Shown one piece after another: positions 12,156 through 25,516 of a stretch of DNA of 64,000 nt. How positions within the stretch are numbered: the first letter of the stretch is position 1; every line of letters starts with the position of its first letter. Source of the DNA: Octopus sinensis (taxonomy: Eukaryota); NCBI RefSeq assembly GCF_006345805.1, contig NC_042997.1, positions 92,070,001 to 92,134,000 on the forward strand, in the 5' to 3' direction. The translations under genes and the position numbers were made by a program. The notes under the pieces are model-generated. The model was not told the origin of the DNA. It made no database searches and saw only the letters and a program-made list of their open reading frames with translations.

Positions 12156-13030
12156 TTAGGTCATCATATAAGTAATGCTGTTTTTTTTCAATTGCATGAA
12201 CTAAAAGTCAGAGGGAGATGGGATAAACTACCTGCATCAACTTGCTATAAAGGCAGATAGTAATCTTACTTTGTCCTTATTCTTAGTGCAAGTTTTGAAG
12301 AGTGTAGTTCGATTTTAGCAGTCATTTTTCCAAACATATAATGGAAGTGGCAAAGGAGCATATTCAGTATATTTTGCTTTATGAGTTCAATAAAGGCAAC
12401 AATGTAAGGGAAAGTGCGAGGAATATTAATGTAGTATATGGAGATTGGACAATAAGCATAAACCAGTCTTGACTGTGGTTCCAAAATTTCCGAACCAGAA
12501 ACTACAGCTTAGAAGACAAGCCTCATCCTGGAAGATCTGCAGAGCTCAATGAGGACGTCCTGCAAACCCGGGTGGAACAAATTCTCATCGTAACTGTTGA
12601 GGAACTAGCAGAGAAGCTTGGATTTTGTCATTCAACCAGTCATTTGAATCAGTGCTAGAAGAAAAATGGTCATCTTTGGTTTTATGATGAAAGGTGTCTT
12701 CCATCAGGATAATGCTCAGCCACATACAGTGAGGATGACATTCCAAAGGCCAGACATTGCCCCATCTGATTATCATTTATTTTGTAGTCTTCAAAATCAT
12801 TTGGACAGAAAAAATATGAATTTTGTAGACAAGGTCAAAACAGTAGTAGAGGAACATTTTTCATCATGGACAAGTGAATTTTGGAAGAGGGGCCTTGCAA
12901 GTCTACCAGATAGATGGAAGAGCATTGTAGAAAATGAAGGAGAGTATATTTAGATTAAAAAATAACTTTATCTCAATTTTGAAAAATAAAAAAAGTATAA
13001 AAAAACTGCAATATTTATGGGATGACCCAA
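12156..13030 (+). mobile_element. mariner element, internally deleted
   Basis: TA-ttaggtcatc...gatgacccaa-TA imperfect TIRs. Frames give WFQNFRT..SLEDKPHPGR (HTH region) and FHQDNAQPH...PDIAPSDYHLF.SLQNHL...FWKRGLASLPDRW.....EGEY. Confidence 0.9.
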
Positions 13031-16000
13031 TATAAAGGCTACCAAGCAAACTACATTTTTGGCACAACTCTTTTTTACTACTAAAATAACATCAGAAACA
13101 AGGTCGGGTCGCACAATTTTGAGGTCATTTTCAGGCAATATTTCAATTTGCTTCTAATGTTTCACTTTTGTCCAATGTTTTAAGCATGCATAGAATTCTA
13201 CTCAGACAAACATTTATGAAAATATACACATAAATATTGTATTAAAATAAGCCACAACCAAAAGATTTCATTAAAAGACATCCATATCTCTATATGCTAT
13301 GAGGAAACAGTCACTCACTCTCTCTCTCTCTCACATGCACACATACATTGAAAAAATGTATGCATGTATATAAAAGATGTGTGTGAGAGAGAGAGAGAAA
13401 GAGCGAGTGAGTGCTACCTACACATACATGCAAAAAAATACATACATGACAACACACATCTTCACTCTCTGTCACGCACACATCCATTTCATATACGCAT
13501 AAATCTTTCACTTTCTGCTCTCACTTCAAAGCAAATGTAGCTTTTTGCTTTCTCCTCTTTTTCAATTTTTGCTCTCTGGGGGAAAGGGTATTGAGTGTTT
13601 CTTTAAGAAAAGTTAAGCTTTAAAAACATATATATATATTTCCCAGATTTGCAATCTCTGTATTTTTCTATGTGGATAAAAAAAAAAGATTAAAAAAATA
13701 AGTTACAATTTAAATTGCAGTGGGGATGAAGGGAAATAAAAATTTTTAAACATGATTTCTGGGCAAAATCATATTGACCCCTTTTATATGATGAAACAAT
13801 ACTCAGTTTGTGATCCTTCTTAAGAACAGAGAGCACTTTCATGCAAAACCGTGCAAATTTTACCGTCCCACATTCACTTTTAAACAAACAATAACTTCCA
13901 TTAATCCAGTTCTGTGCTGGTTCTACTGATAAGAAAGGAACAAATAATACAATGTAGCTGTAGGTCATAACACCCAGGCAATGCCGAGATGCATTGCTAA
14001 TTTAGAAATAAAGTTTCCTAATTTAAATTCAGTCTGAGACTATGGACACAAAGAAATAATATTGATGACAAAGTTGAAAGCATAGTGTAGATATAAATAT
14101 AGTAAATATGCACTCTAAAGATAAGGCTAACAGTTCATAAAATTATAGTCTTTATTAACAACCTATCTCAAATGTTCAGATATTTAATAATTTTTCATAC
14201 AAGTTACAGTGATTTACATTACAGTAACTTTCCATACATCTAAATTCTATTTTGTCTCATTTGACCTAATCATTTACTGTACATCTTCAATCCCCAATTC
14301 ATAATACTATTTATGAAGCATACACTATACACTTGTATTACATACCCATAACTGTGAAATTGTCATTTCTTACCTCCAGACAATAATTTTCATGCCCAGT
14401 ACATGATGTTCAAACTTTCATACAAGTTAATACTTAATATCCAGTGGACTATATTTAACTAGCTTTTTTCTCCCTCAAATTGTTGCAAATAATCTACTTA
14501 CACATTAATTTTCCATATTTTGATATAATTCACATTGTCCTATGACAAGTGAAGCCTTTGACATAAACAAAGATAGCTTCTCTATACATTTTCCAGTTTG
14601 TTTGACAGACTTCAAAGTATCATTTTTTTAGCCATTGTTTGTTTTTATTTTTTGCTCTACTTAATTACAAAACAAAGTTACTTACCTCAGCTAGATGAAT
14701 TTTCATAACCCTTTACAATTAAATCAATTCTACTTTGAGTAAAGCCAAGTGAAACTGTAGTCATTGCCAGCGTCATGTAAATGGCACCTGTGCCAGTTGC
14801 ATATAAAAAGTATCCATCACACTCTTGGAGTGATTGGCATTAATAAGGGCATCTAGTCATAGAAACTATGCCAGATCAGATTGGAACTTGGTGCAGCTCT
14901 CTGGCTTACCAGTTCCAGTCAAACTGTCTAATTCATGCCAGCATGGAAAGAAGACGTTAAATGATGATGATGAACTTACGCCCATTCTTCCAAGGCATAA
15001 TCTTATCCTGATATTCTTTGACAGAGAACTGATTCAATGAAAATTAGATTAACTTACAAGCCTAGTTGACCACCTAGTCCTGAACTCTACTATGAAGTTC
15101 CCAAGGACTATAACAATGGGAAAAAAAAAGGCTGAAGATAGAATTATAACGAACAGCCCAAACTACATTAAATCTCACACTAAGATCACAGCTGAATGTG
15201 AAACCACTTTTAGTAATTCACACAACATAACAAATAAGAATAGCTTAAGCCAGACATGAGCTACCTTTGAGCTGCATAAATCATAATTCATCATCAGGCA
15301 CGTTGCACGACTAAAAAAAATTCAAGGTAATTTTTCATTAGGCAGAAAGTCCTATGGGTTACAGGTTAATCATGACTAGCTCAAACAGTAGTAGCATTTA
15401 TTTGCAGTTAAAATATTATTATATCAATAATATTCTTCATAGCACTGAATAAATTTTTTTCTAATTAATGCAGATATGCTAATCATTTAGCAAATATATT
15501 CATAGTGTTTACCAAAGTATTGAGATCATTTCTTCTGTAGCTTCATTTATTTATTTCTTACATCTCATGAATATTCTGAGAATGAGTATAACTCTAACTA
15601 GTTGATGGTCTGTCAAGTAATCATCAACTCCTCAGACAGTACACAGACAATGAGAATCTGGCATATTCCCAATTACAACAGCAACATATGCCATTATTTT
15701 GGACTGCAGAAGCTTTCAAGTTTTTTCTCAGAAAAAAGCTGCTTTTATATTCAGGTAATAGAATTCCTGCTGTAGAATTTTAAAATCAACTGCCACTCTA
15801 TAAAACAATTCAAATTTCCTAAGATAAATTAGTTTTGGTGTTTTTTTCTAAATCTATTATTGAGATATACTGACAGAAGTAATCAGACATCTTTGAAGAC
15901 AACAGCAAGAATGAATAAGTTGGACATAGAAGTATTGTAATTCTATTCTGCCGAAGTAGACAGACTAATTAAGAAGTGGGTTTACTTTTCTCCAGTTAAA

Positions 16001-17988
16001 ATGTATAAAATGCTCGTAAGTTACATATGGAAGTTGTTCGGAAGAATCCCAGTAGATTTTACTGCCAAACCAATACTACAAACCTCTAGTCTTCCACTGT
16101 TTACTCCAGTCAGAAAAAGAAGGAAAAAAGAAAAAACAGAAGCCTATTTGTATTTTGTTAGGTGTCTTAAGTCTTTTATAATACAATGTCAATGGAAGCT
16201 TTCACTCCATGATATAAAATCTATCATAACAACTACAGAACAACTCAAAGATTTTCTGTGTCAATGTACATAGTAATTATTTAACTTTGAATTTAATTAC
16301 TCATCAGATAAAATCTTAATTTAAGATAATGTAAATCTAACTTCTCCACAATTTGTGACACTTTGTATTGTAGCTTTACTGTTTCTAATTATTAAAATAC
16401 CAAGTTGTAAGCATGACTCAACTTCTGCTAGTATTCTTCTATAAACATCAAATCTTGTCTGATTTCAGGCCTAACTTTTTGTTAGCTTGCTTTTATTCAA
16501 GTAACACTAACAACCAAATCTCAATCTATTTTTACTGTTATTCACAGAATTTGAAATAAATGTTTAAATCTTTTACCAGCTGGCATTAATATTTCTAATA
16601 TCAATTTATCCTACAACCTAATTTTTCTATATTATCTTAAGCTCTTCCATATGCAATGCATTGTAGCATGAACATTCTTATAAAAACAGTATACATCCAA
16701 AGCTTACAAAATGGTAGCTGGACTAAGATTCTAACAACAATCCCAAATTAGCATCCACTTTAACTCTCATTAGTTCTAAACACCAATTAGATCACCACAG
16801 TAAAGCAGCATAGCAGATGTTACGCTTCTGATGTCGTCAACCCTGATTTAGTAGAGCTATGGTCAAAGGCATTCCAACCATGACCACCTGTTTTATCTTT
16901 TTTCTTCTTCTTTATTTAGGAGTCTATGTAAGAATATATTCTCCAGAAATACACAGTGATCTGAAGGAAATTTAATTACTATTTCTAACGAAGTCAAGTA
17001 GACATGTTAGAGTACATCTATAATCATGAAGATGTACTCTGTAATTTGGATAGGCAAACCTGAAAGATCAAGCACTGCCAAATTTTCAAATTCAAACACA
17101 TGCATGCTGTCATTTTACACATTACTTTCATTTTAAAAGCATGCAAAAAAAAAAAAAAAACTTATATTAAAACCCAAACTATCTTTGGGCTTTATTCTTG
17201 ATTTACCATGTATTGTTAACTATAACAACTGGTGGAAAATGTTATAAAATAAGTGGTAAACTATCACTGGACTGAGTCAATGACATAACTTTATTCCTTG
17301 ATTTAAGCAGTTTCACTTCACCTGTATTATTATACTAATGTAAAAAAAAAACATGAACATTACATCATAGTTTACCACTTTGACAAATATTTCAGTTCAA
17401 ATGTACACTCTCTGTGAAGGCCATAAATACTGTTGCTTCCTTCAGACTGAGCAAACAGACAAGAAAGTTGATAAAAGTTTGTAAAATAAGATAAGTTTGG
17501 ACTATCAGAATTCATCTGTATCCATGGCACATGAAATAATTTTATTCTAATAAAGAGTTTCTAATGCTAATGTCTAATCTGTACCAAGTTTGAAGCAGTT
17601 TTATATTATTTAAGCTTCTTGTGTTATTATAACCATACATGTGTTATTTATTAATGTGGAATACATTACATTTCAGACAGATTTGTCCTTAGAAAATTCT
17701 GGATTTTCTTTTCATAATCTTATTTTTTTATATAATGAAAACCAGTTAACATCATCTCTTGAATAAAAAGTACTTTAAAATATAAATAAAATGTAGTTGT
17801 TAACAATTTTCTTAATAAACACCTTTTAACTTTTGTTAGAGGACAAATAGAGACCTACTTTGAAGGTTATGAAGTCAGTCATGCTACAATGATTGCTTAC
17901 CCATGTGAACAATTCAGATGGCTCTTTCTTTAATGTAATAAAGCGAAAGTTAATCAAAATGTTTGCAGCATAAAATTTTCTATCTTAA

Positions 17989-20527
17989 CCCTTTAGTGTT
18001 CAGATTAATTTGTCAAATGTAATGCTTATCTGTTCACATTAATTTTGATTTATTCAGGTTCAAGTGGGTGTCCACAATATTTGCTTGTAACTTTGTTAAT
18101 TTTCTACATACAGATTTGAAATTTTGTAAATGGGTGCTTATATGCCAGTGGTTTATAGTTACATAATTTTAGCTGATCTTTCTGATTAAATTTGACTTTC
18201 ATGGGCAAGTAAATTTAATTAAGAGGTGTAAAAACAATAACATTATGAATAAACACTAAAATTCATATTCTTAATACATTTTACCTATTTGATTTGTTAC
18301 TAAAGTTATCCAAGATGTCAACTGCCAACAATTTTACATTTTTCAAGATGAGGTGCATTAATTTGAATTAATTAAAATACAGGTGTAATTGGCACAAGAT
18401 GTTATTCTTTCTCTATGTTTCACTCAAACATTTTCATTGAAAATAAAGTACAAAACTCTTTTACTAGTCAATATACCATTGGCTATGTACTCTTATACAA
18501 TTTAATGAATTCATTTACGTAACAGAATGCATCTAATAAAAAAAGCTCATTAACAAGTGAGATAAAGGTGAATACAGGTGTGTAACATATTGAAAATCAA
18601 TATGTATTTATAATAAAATGAAAAGGAATATATGATAAAATAAGAGGAGAATTTACAAAAAAACAAAAGACGAAGACAGGTGGTGTAGACAACAAACAGA
18701 TGTATTAGTTTAAAGCTTGGAAATGAAAGTCTTTAATGTTTCAAGCCTATGCTCTTCCACAGAAAGGAACACAGAAAGAAACAAAGAGAGAAAATAAAGA
18801 ATGTGTAGTGGCTAGTGATCTATCATGGTGAACGTATCCAGCCATATATGGTCTTTAAAAGTGAATTGTTTCTTCTGTAAATAGAAATTATATGTTGTGC
18901 ATATTTGTTTGTTTCCTCCGTAACATTTTCAAAAGAACTTTCTGGTAAAAATAAAAAAAAGATAGTCCAATGGTTGAGCATCAGGAGGTAAATTGTGTTG
19001 TGGACCAGTGTTTTTTTGTGAAATCAGGAATAGCGATTGGTGTTGTAATCTTTGACCATGTTGCCATGTTTACGATATCATTTTCATCACTTTCATTTTT
19101 ATCACTTTTGTTCTCAAAATCTTCTTCGTCCAACAAATATTTACTAATATCAATATCAGATTTGTCCGAAAACAAAATACTTGTTTTCATTTATATTTTC
19201 TATATCGTCAGGAGTAAAACCTTCAGAGCCAGAATTACTACTTGCTGACACCATTTCATTACCAACCCAGCTGAAACCAGCTCTGGCTCTGAGTACAAAT
19301 GTCTTGTTTTCATAAGTTTTGAATTAAAATCTTCCACCAAATCTTAGTCACAATTTATGTTCCTAACACTAGCTGAATGATAACTAAGTTATTTTACTAA
19401 ATTCTTTGTTATATTTAAAGTAATTGAAAGAAACACAGAGCATCTCAAAATAAATACAGTAACAAAAGGGTTAAAAACTAAGGCAAGATCTTATCCTGAT
19501 ATTCTTTGACAGAGAACTGATTCAATGAAAATTAGATTAACTTACAAGCCTAGTTGACCACCTAGTCCTGAACTCTGCTATGAAGTTCCCAAGGACTATA
19601 ACAATGGAAAAAGAAAAGGCTGAAGATAGAATTATGATGAACAGCCCAAACTACATTAAATCTCACACTAAGATCACAGCTGAACGTGAAACCACTTTTA
19701 GTAATTCACACAACATATCAAATAAGAATAGCTTAAGCCAGACATGAGCTACCTTTGGGCTTCATAAATCATGACTCATCATCAGGCACGTTGCACTACT
19801 AAAAAAATTCAAGGTAATTTTTCATTAGGCAGAAAGTCCTATGGGTTACAGGTTAATCATGACTAGCTCAAACAGTAGTAGCATTTATTTGCAGTTAAAA
19901 TATTATATCAATAATATTCTTCATAGCACTGAATAATTTTTTTTCTAATTAATGCAGATACGCTAATCATTTAGCAAATATATTCATAGTGTTTACCAAA
20001 GTATTGAGATCATTTCTTCTGTAGCTTCATTTATTTCTTTCTTACATCTCATGAATATTCTGAGAATGAGTATAACTCTAACTAGTTGATGGTCTGTCAA
20101 GTAATCATCAACTCCTCAGACAGTACACAGACAATGAGAATCTGGCATATTCCCAATTACAACAGCAACATATGCCATTATTTTGGACTGCAGAAGCTTT
20201 CAAGTTTTTTCTCAGAAAAAAGCTGCTTTTATATTCAAGTAATAGAATTCCTGCTGTAGAATTTAAAAAATCAACTGCCACTCTATAAAACAATTCAAAT
20301 TTCCTAAGATAAATTAGTTTTGGTGGTTCTAATGTTGAAAAAACCATGTGGTCTTAACAATTTCACTGTATTTATACTTGAATAAAGTCAGGAAAGACTT
20401 CATCTTGCATTATCTCAAAGCTTTGAGAATTCAATAACGTGACTTATTTATTTTTTTAGCGATTTCACTTTGGCCAGTTTGAACAAATAAAGGGGAATTA
20501 ATTTTGGCCGGTTTGAACACTAAAGGG
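17989..20527. mobile_element. piggyBac-MITE-bounded composite segment
   Basis: TTAA-ccctttagtgttcaga at left and tttgaacactaaaggg-TTAA at right (15/16 TIR match); both arms resemble the 4546-4745 MITE. The interior holds a PLE terminus, a piggyBac N-terminal fragment (ORF 18981-19190), a second MITE ending gtaacaaaaggg-TTAA at 19470, and a duplicated block. Confidence 0.7.
19480..20325 (+). repeat. Direct ~850-bp duplication of 14992-15840
   Basis: Colinear with only scattered substitutions and small indels, from aaggca..tcttatcctgatattc through aagataaattagttttggtg. Confidence 0.95.
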
Positions 20528-21085
20528 TTAATAGTAAGTTTGGAAATGTGCATGAGTGTTTGTATCTATTTGTGTATAAATGGATGATTGGTCAAATATA
20601 TTTGTGCATCAGCGCAATTTATGTCTGCATATTACATGCCTACCTTACCTTTCTCCTTTATCATCACCTTTCTTTTTCTGCACAATACCTGTAACTTTGT
20701 GTTTGTTTGTTTCTTTTATTCATACATATATCTACCTTCAGTCCCCTTTCCTACCCACAATATTTTAATCAGTCGCTCTGTGACTGTGCAAGGGATCTAT
20801 TTCCATTTGATCACTCTCCCTCATTTACTTTGCATCTTTAGTCCCTCACCCTCTGACACCACCTCTCTTCCTTGGCCTTCCCACTTCTCATCAAATTGAT
20901 CCTTCAGCTTCAGTTGTAATGCTAATATTCCGTAACAGATGAAGAGCCAAAGTAATGAAACATTATACTCTAGAATGCTGATGGCAAATAAACTTTTATC
21001 AATCCTCCAGACTTTATACTAACTGAAGCTTGGCAACATAAACCATTTCCAGTTTTGCTGGATTCTGGATTTTATTATTTTAATA

Positions 21086-21443
21086 TCATCATCATCATCA
21101 TCGCTTAACGTCCGCTTTCCATGCTAGCATGGGTTGGACGATTTTGATTGAGGGCTGGTGAACCAGATGGCTCCAATCTTGATTTGGCAGAGTTTCAACA
21201 GCTGGATGCCCTTCCTAACGTCAACCACTCCGAGAGTGTAGTTGGTGCTTTTTATGTGCCACGGGGGCCAGTCAGGCGGTACTGGCAACAACCTCACTCA
21301 AATCCTTTTACACATGCCACCAGCACAGGTGCCAGTAAGGCGATGTTGGTAACGATCACGCTCAAATGGTGCCCTTTTACGTGCCACTGGCACGGAAGCC
21401 AGTTGGCTGCTCTAGCAATGATCATGCTCGGATGGTGCTCTTG
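21086..21443 (-). mobile_element. SINE sharing the RTE-type 3' tail
   Basis: (CAT)n tail followed by ttaacgtccgctttccatgctagcatgggttggacg; same family at 14760-14975, 52471-52724 and 57620-57817. Confidence 0.8.
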
Positions 21444-22199
21444 GAGAGATATTTCAATAGCAGTATTTTACTGCTGAATTTTATACAGAATGCATGGTTA
21501 ACATGTAGGTCAGAGAACCATGTGTTAAAATTCTAGAAGTTCACTACTGTACAGGAGTCTATATATAATCTGTAATTATTGACAATCATCAGGAAATTGG
21601 TAAATTGTAATGTAAGTGATGTATCATATAATTTAGTTTGAATGTGTAGAACATATTCCAACCTATTCATATTATCTGCAAATACAAGCCCTTTACACAA
21701 GAAACCATTCCAAACATTACAGACCAGGCTGTCTTTAATAGACTAAATTCAATATTTTCAACTTGCACTATACTATTTCTAAAGTTGCAAATGAATATGA
21801 AATTATTTTCAAAATTGATGTTGCTTACATTAAGACCAGCTGGTTAAATACTTTTCTTTCCTTTATGAAAATAAATTTCATCCAAGCTGTTCAAAATGTT
21901 ACCTTGTAACTTAAATGATTAATTACCAGAATATCTCTTTAAAATATCTTTTCAACTTGCTTCTTAAACTGTTTTATAATGGGTATCCTAAGTAATATTA
22001 CCATCTCCTAAATATAATTCTGGAACTTTGTCACTCCTAAGTTAGCAGTTCTCTAACCAGAGAATGTATTTCATCCAAGAATACTAAATTGGTGACTGAC
22101 ACCTTTCTCCAAAGGTATACCTGTTTGCATTTTTCACACATTCCAAAGTCTCAAACTTTGCAAGAGATTTAGATGCTTATGTCCCCTGGAGGAATCATC

Positions 22200-22700
22200 A
22201 GCTAAGAGGTAATTACCTATCACTGCAACACATGAGGTGACCATCAGGAAAGTAAAAAATGCTTTCATGTACCATATATTCTGCAAACTTTCTCACCTCT
22301 CAAATCACAGCTGAGTATTCTGGCCCTTTGTCAAAAGGCTTCTATATCTAAGATAAATCCTCCTATCACCACTGTTAAATCAAGGAGGCTTTCTAAGTAG
22401 CCCTTGCATATATAATCCACATTTGACTTCTGCTTTGCTTCCAACTCCACTCAGCACACATAACAAAATCCCTTCTCTGTTCAACCTGTCCCATCACCTT
22501 CAGATATATCCAGTCACGTAGTGTGAAACTTAACTGATTACATCAATCCCATTACTCTCCAAGAATATATTTCAAAATTCCCATCATTTTGTCGTTCATG
22601 CTTTCTGTAAGGAATTATCCATATGGAAATATGCAATAGTGAGTACTGTTCTCAAAAAGGGGTAGCCTTTCTGACTCTGCACACTAAGAATCTATCACCA
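22200..22700 (+). mobile_element. Old CR1/Jockey-group LINE remnant
   Basis: WKYAIVSTVLKKG at 22623-22661 resembles the WK.A.V.PI.KKG motif preceding RT domain 1; the rest is heavily decayed. Confidence 0.4.
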
Positions 22701-24568
22701 GACAGGGGAGCCTCTATGTGGTTGTTTGATATTATTCTAGAAATAGTCAAAGCTCTCTCAAAGTATGCTTTACCATCTTAAAAAAGAATACATTGGATAA
22801 TTTGCTTTTGGGTGACCTGGACATAAAAAAAACTACAGAATAGGCATGATTGGAGTGCTTTTGATCAGAACTTTGCTTGATTACAACTAACCTAGGGCAA
22901 AACAACATTAAGAATAAATGGAAACATTCATAAACAATCACTTTCTTTATGTCCTTCAGTTTCTAACAATCACTATTTACACAGGAAGTATTTTCACAGT
23001 TTCAGCAACTCATGTTTGATTTGCATTGTTTTCATTAACAAAGATCTTGACAACTGACCAATAAAAACAAGACAGCCTGGTCTTTTTCAATAATGCCAAT
23101 TATTAGATATAACAAAGAAACAGTCTTGCAATACACTCCCTAACTCATTACATATAAACAACACAAATTAAAACACTAGTCATCATCACTACAATCTCTG
23201 ATGATTGCTCAACAAATTCATAATTCATGTTGTTGCTAAAACTGCATTTCAAAAACAATGCTTCTCCTGAAAATCTAGTACATTCTTCAGTTTTGATCAA
23301 TTGCTTATTTGCCACAAAGCTCACATATGAGACTGTATTACTTCAACTCAACTACAACAACGATACAAATTTTTTAGACTCTATAATACAAATTGTAAGA
23401 TTCACTTATCAATCAACTACAACCCCAGCTTTATATATGTTCTTCTAAACTAGTGAGCTATATATCACCTCCACCCAAATGTGTCTCACCCCTCAGGCCC
23501 TGCGCTAAACATTTACCCGAATCAATCGACATATTTCCAACACTCTAGAATTCTTTCCTTATTCATAATTTTTTTAAAAGTGTTGCCCTTACTATGTCAA
23601 TGTAGAAAAGCCAGCAATTATGAGTACCTGTTGTTCTCCTAGAAAATAATTTCTATTATAGGTACAAAGTCTGAAATTTTATAGGAAGGAGTAGTTGATT
23701 ACATCTTCCAGTGCTCAACTTGTACTTGTTTTATTGAACCTGAAAGGATGAAATGTAAAGTTGACCTCGGCAGGATTTGAACTGAAAATGTAAAGTAGGA
23801 AGAAATGCTGTTAAGCATTTAGTCTGGCTTGCTAATGATTCTGCCAGCTCGCCACCTTAAATGGTTTAAAATTTTGGCACAAGGCTAGCAATTTTAGGAG
23901 AGGGGAAGTTAGTTGATTATATCACACCCCTCCCCCTCAAACTGTACTTATTTTATTGATCCTGAAAGGAGGAAAGACAAAAATCAACATGTAGAATTTG
24001 AACTCAGAACCTAAGAACCAGAAAAATACCACTAAGTATTTTGTCCAACATGCCAACAATTCTGTTGGTAAAAAAGTAAATGCTTTTAGTGGTACTACTG
24101 ACTATATGTTTATGGTACTTTAGTTTGTTAAAAAAAAAAATTACACAAACATGCTGTATTTTTGTTTTATGATATTTTTGAGGTTTCTATTAATACAAGC
24201 TGTGCAAATTAAAACCAAGTTGCTAAAGTGGTGATAATATTGCCTGTGTATGGGAACTTAAGGAGAGGTGAAAGGAGGTATTATGCTGTTCCATTGTTCT
24301 GGAACATTATCATTGTTATCTTAATGTTCACTTTTCCATGCTTGCATGGATCAGACAGCTTATCAAGGCAGATTTCCTATAGCTGGATACTTGTTGTCAA
24401 CTCTTACCCACTTCTAAGCAAGATATTTCCCCATAAGCATTCATATTTCCACAGAATATTGGAAACAAGTGACACTGCTTGTATGACAGTGATACTCATT
24501 TATGTCTGTCACATGATGTAAAGATGAGGAGATGCAAACATACACGTGTGTATATATATATATATATA

Positions 24569-25365
24569 CAGGCTACAGTGAATAGACTGTCTAAATTAAG
24601 CAAAAATGAAAATAACACTGACATCTCATTTTAACAGATATATTTACCAAAATTACAGAAAAATATCTTGAAAGACTAGAGAGTAAATTTATTTAATAAA
24701 ACCACCGTTGGCTTCAAACACAGCCTCCAAACGACTTCGGAATCTTTGTAATTCTTCTGGATGGTCTCCTTGTTTAAGTTGGTGAATACTGCCATAATCC
24801 TTGCCTTCAGTTCATCTTTGGTGTTACAAGGAATTTTGTTAGTCTCTCGCTCAACTGCACCCCATATATAATAATCAAGGGGGTTGCAGTCTGGAGTGTT
24901 AGGTAACCAGATGTTAGGGATGGTGTGGTCGGAGAAATTGTCTGACAGCCATGACTGGGTTCTCCTGCTTGTGTAGCATGGTGCAGAGCCCTGTTGCCAG
25001 ACACAGGGTCTTCCTGCAGCCACCCTCTTCACCCAGGGAAGCACTACCTCCTCCAGGCACTTGATGTAGGCCTCCGTGTTGAGTCTGAGGCTGTGTGGTA
25101 AGATGAATGGAGGTATAACGTTGCCATCACTAGTGATCACTCCAAACACCATGATGTCGACTGGATGTTTGATTTTTATCACTTTCGGTACAGGTCCTCA
25201 GATTCACACCCAAACACTCTGATATGTTCATATTGGAGCTTTCACCGTTAATACCAAGAAGTACAGCAAGTCGTTTCCAAATGTCTGGCAGAGTGAATTG
25301 TATCACGGTGCTGTTTTTCTCACAGACAGTGCCCAACTGGCCCTACTATATTATGTAGTTGACAA
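24569..25365 (-). mobile_element. maT (DD37D) element
   Basis: ORF 24676-25182: KHPVDIMVFGVITSDG...YIKCLEEVVLPW...WQQGSAP...W.PNTPDCNPLDYYIWG; DD37D spacing. The left end is shared with 7245. Confidence 0.9.
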
Positions 25366-25437
25366 AATCAAAAACAAGAAATGTGTATGCATGAAATTAA
25401 AAATATAAAATGATGATAATTTACCTATCCCAACCAG

Positions 25438-25469
<32 letters not shown>

Positions 25470-25477
25470 ATATTATA

Positions 25478-25516
<39 letters not shown>

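Noticed and set aside
13040-13960. Possible non-autonomous DNA element
   Set aside because: Repeat-like composition, but no convincing TIR or TSD pair could be defined.
14686-16095. Idea that in-frame TAA/TAG are read as Gln or edited to Trp
   Set aside because: Stop density is about that expected for AT-rich non-coding DNA, and the SWEET exons need no recoding.
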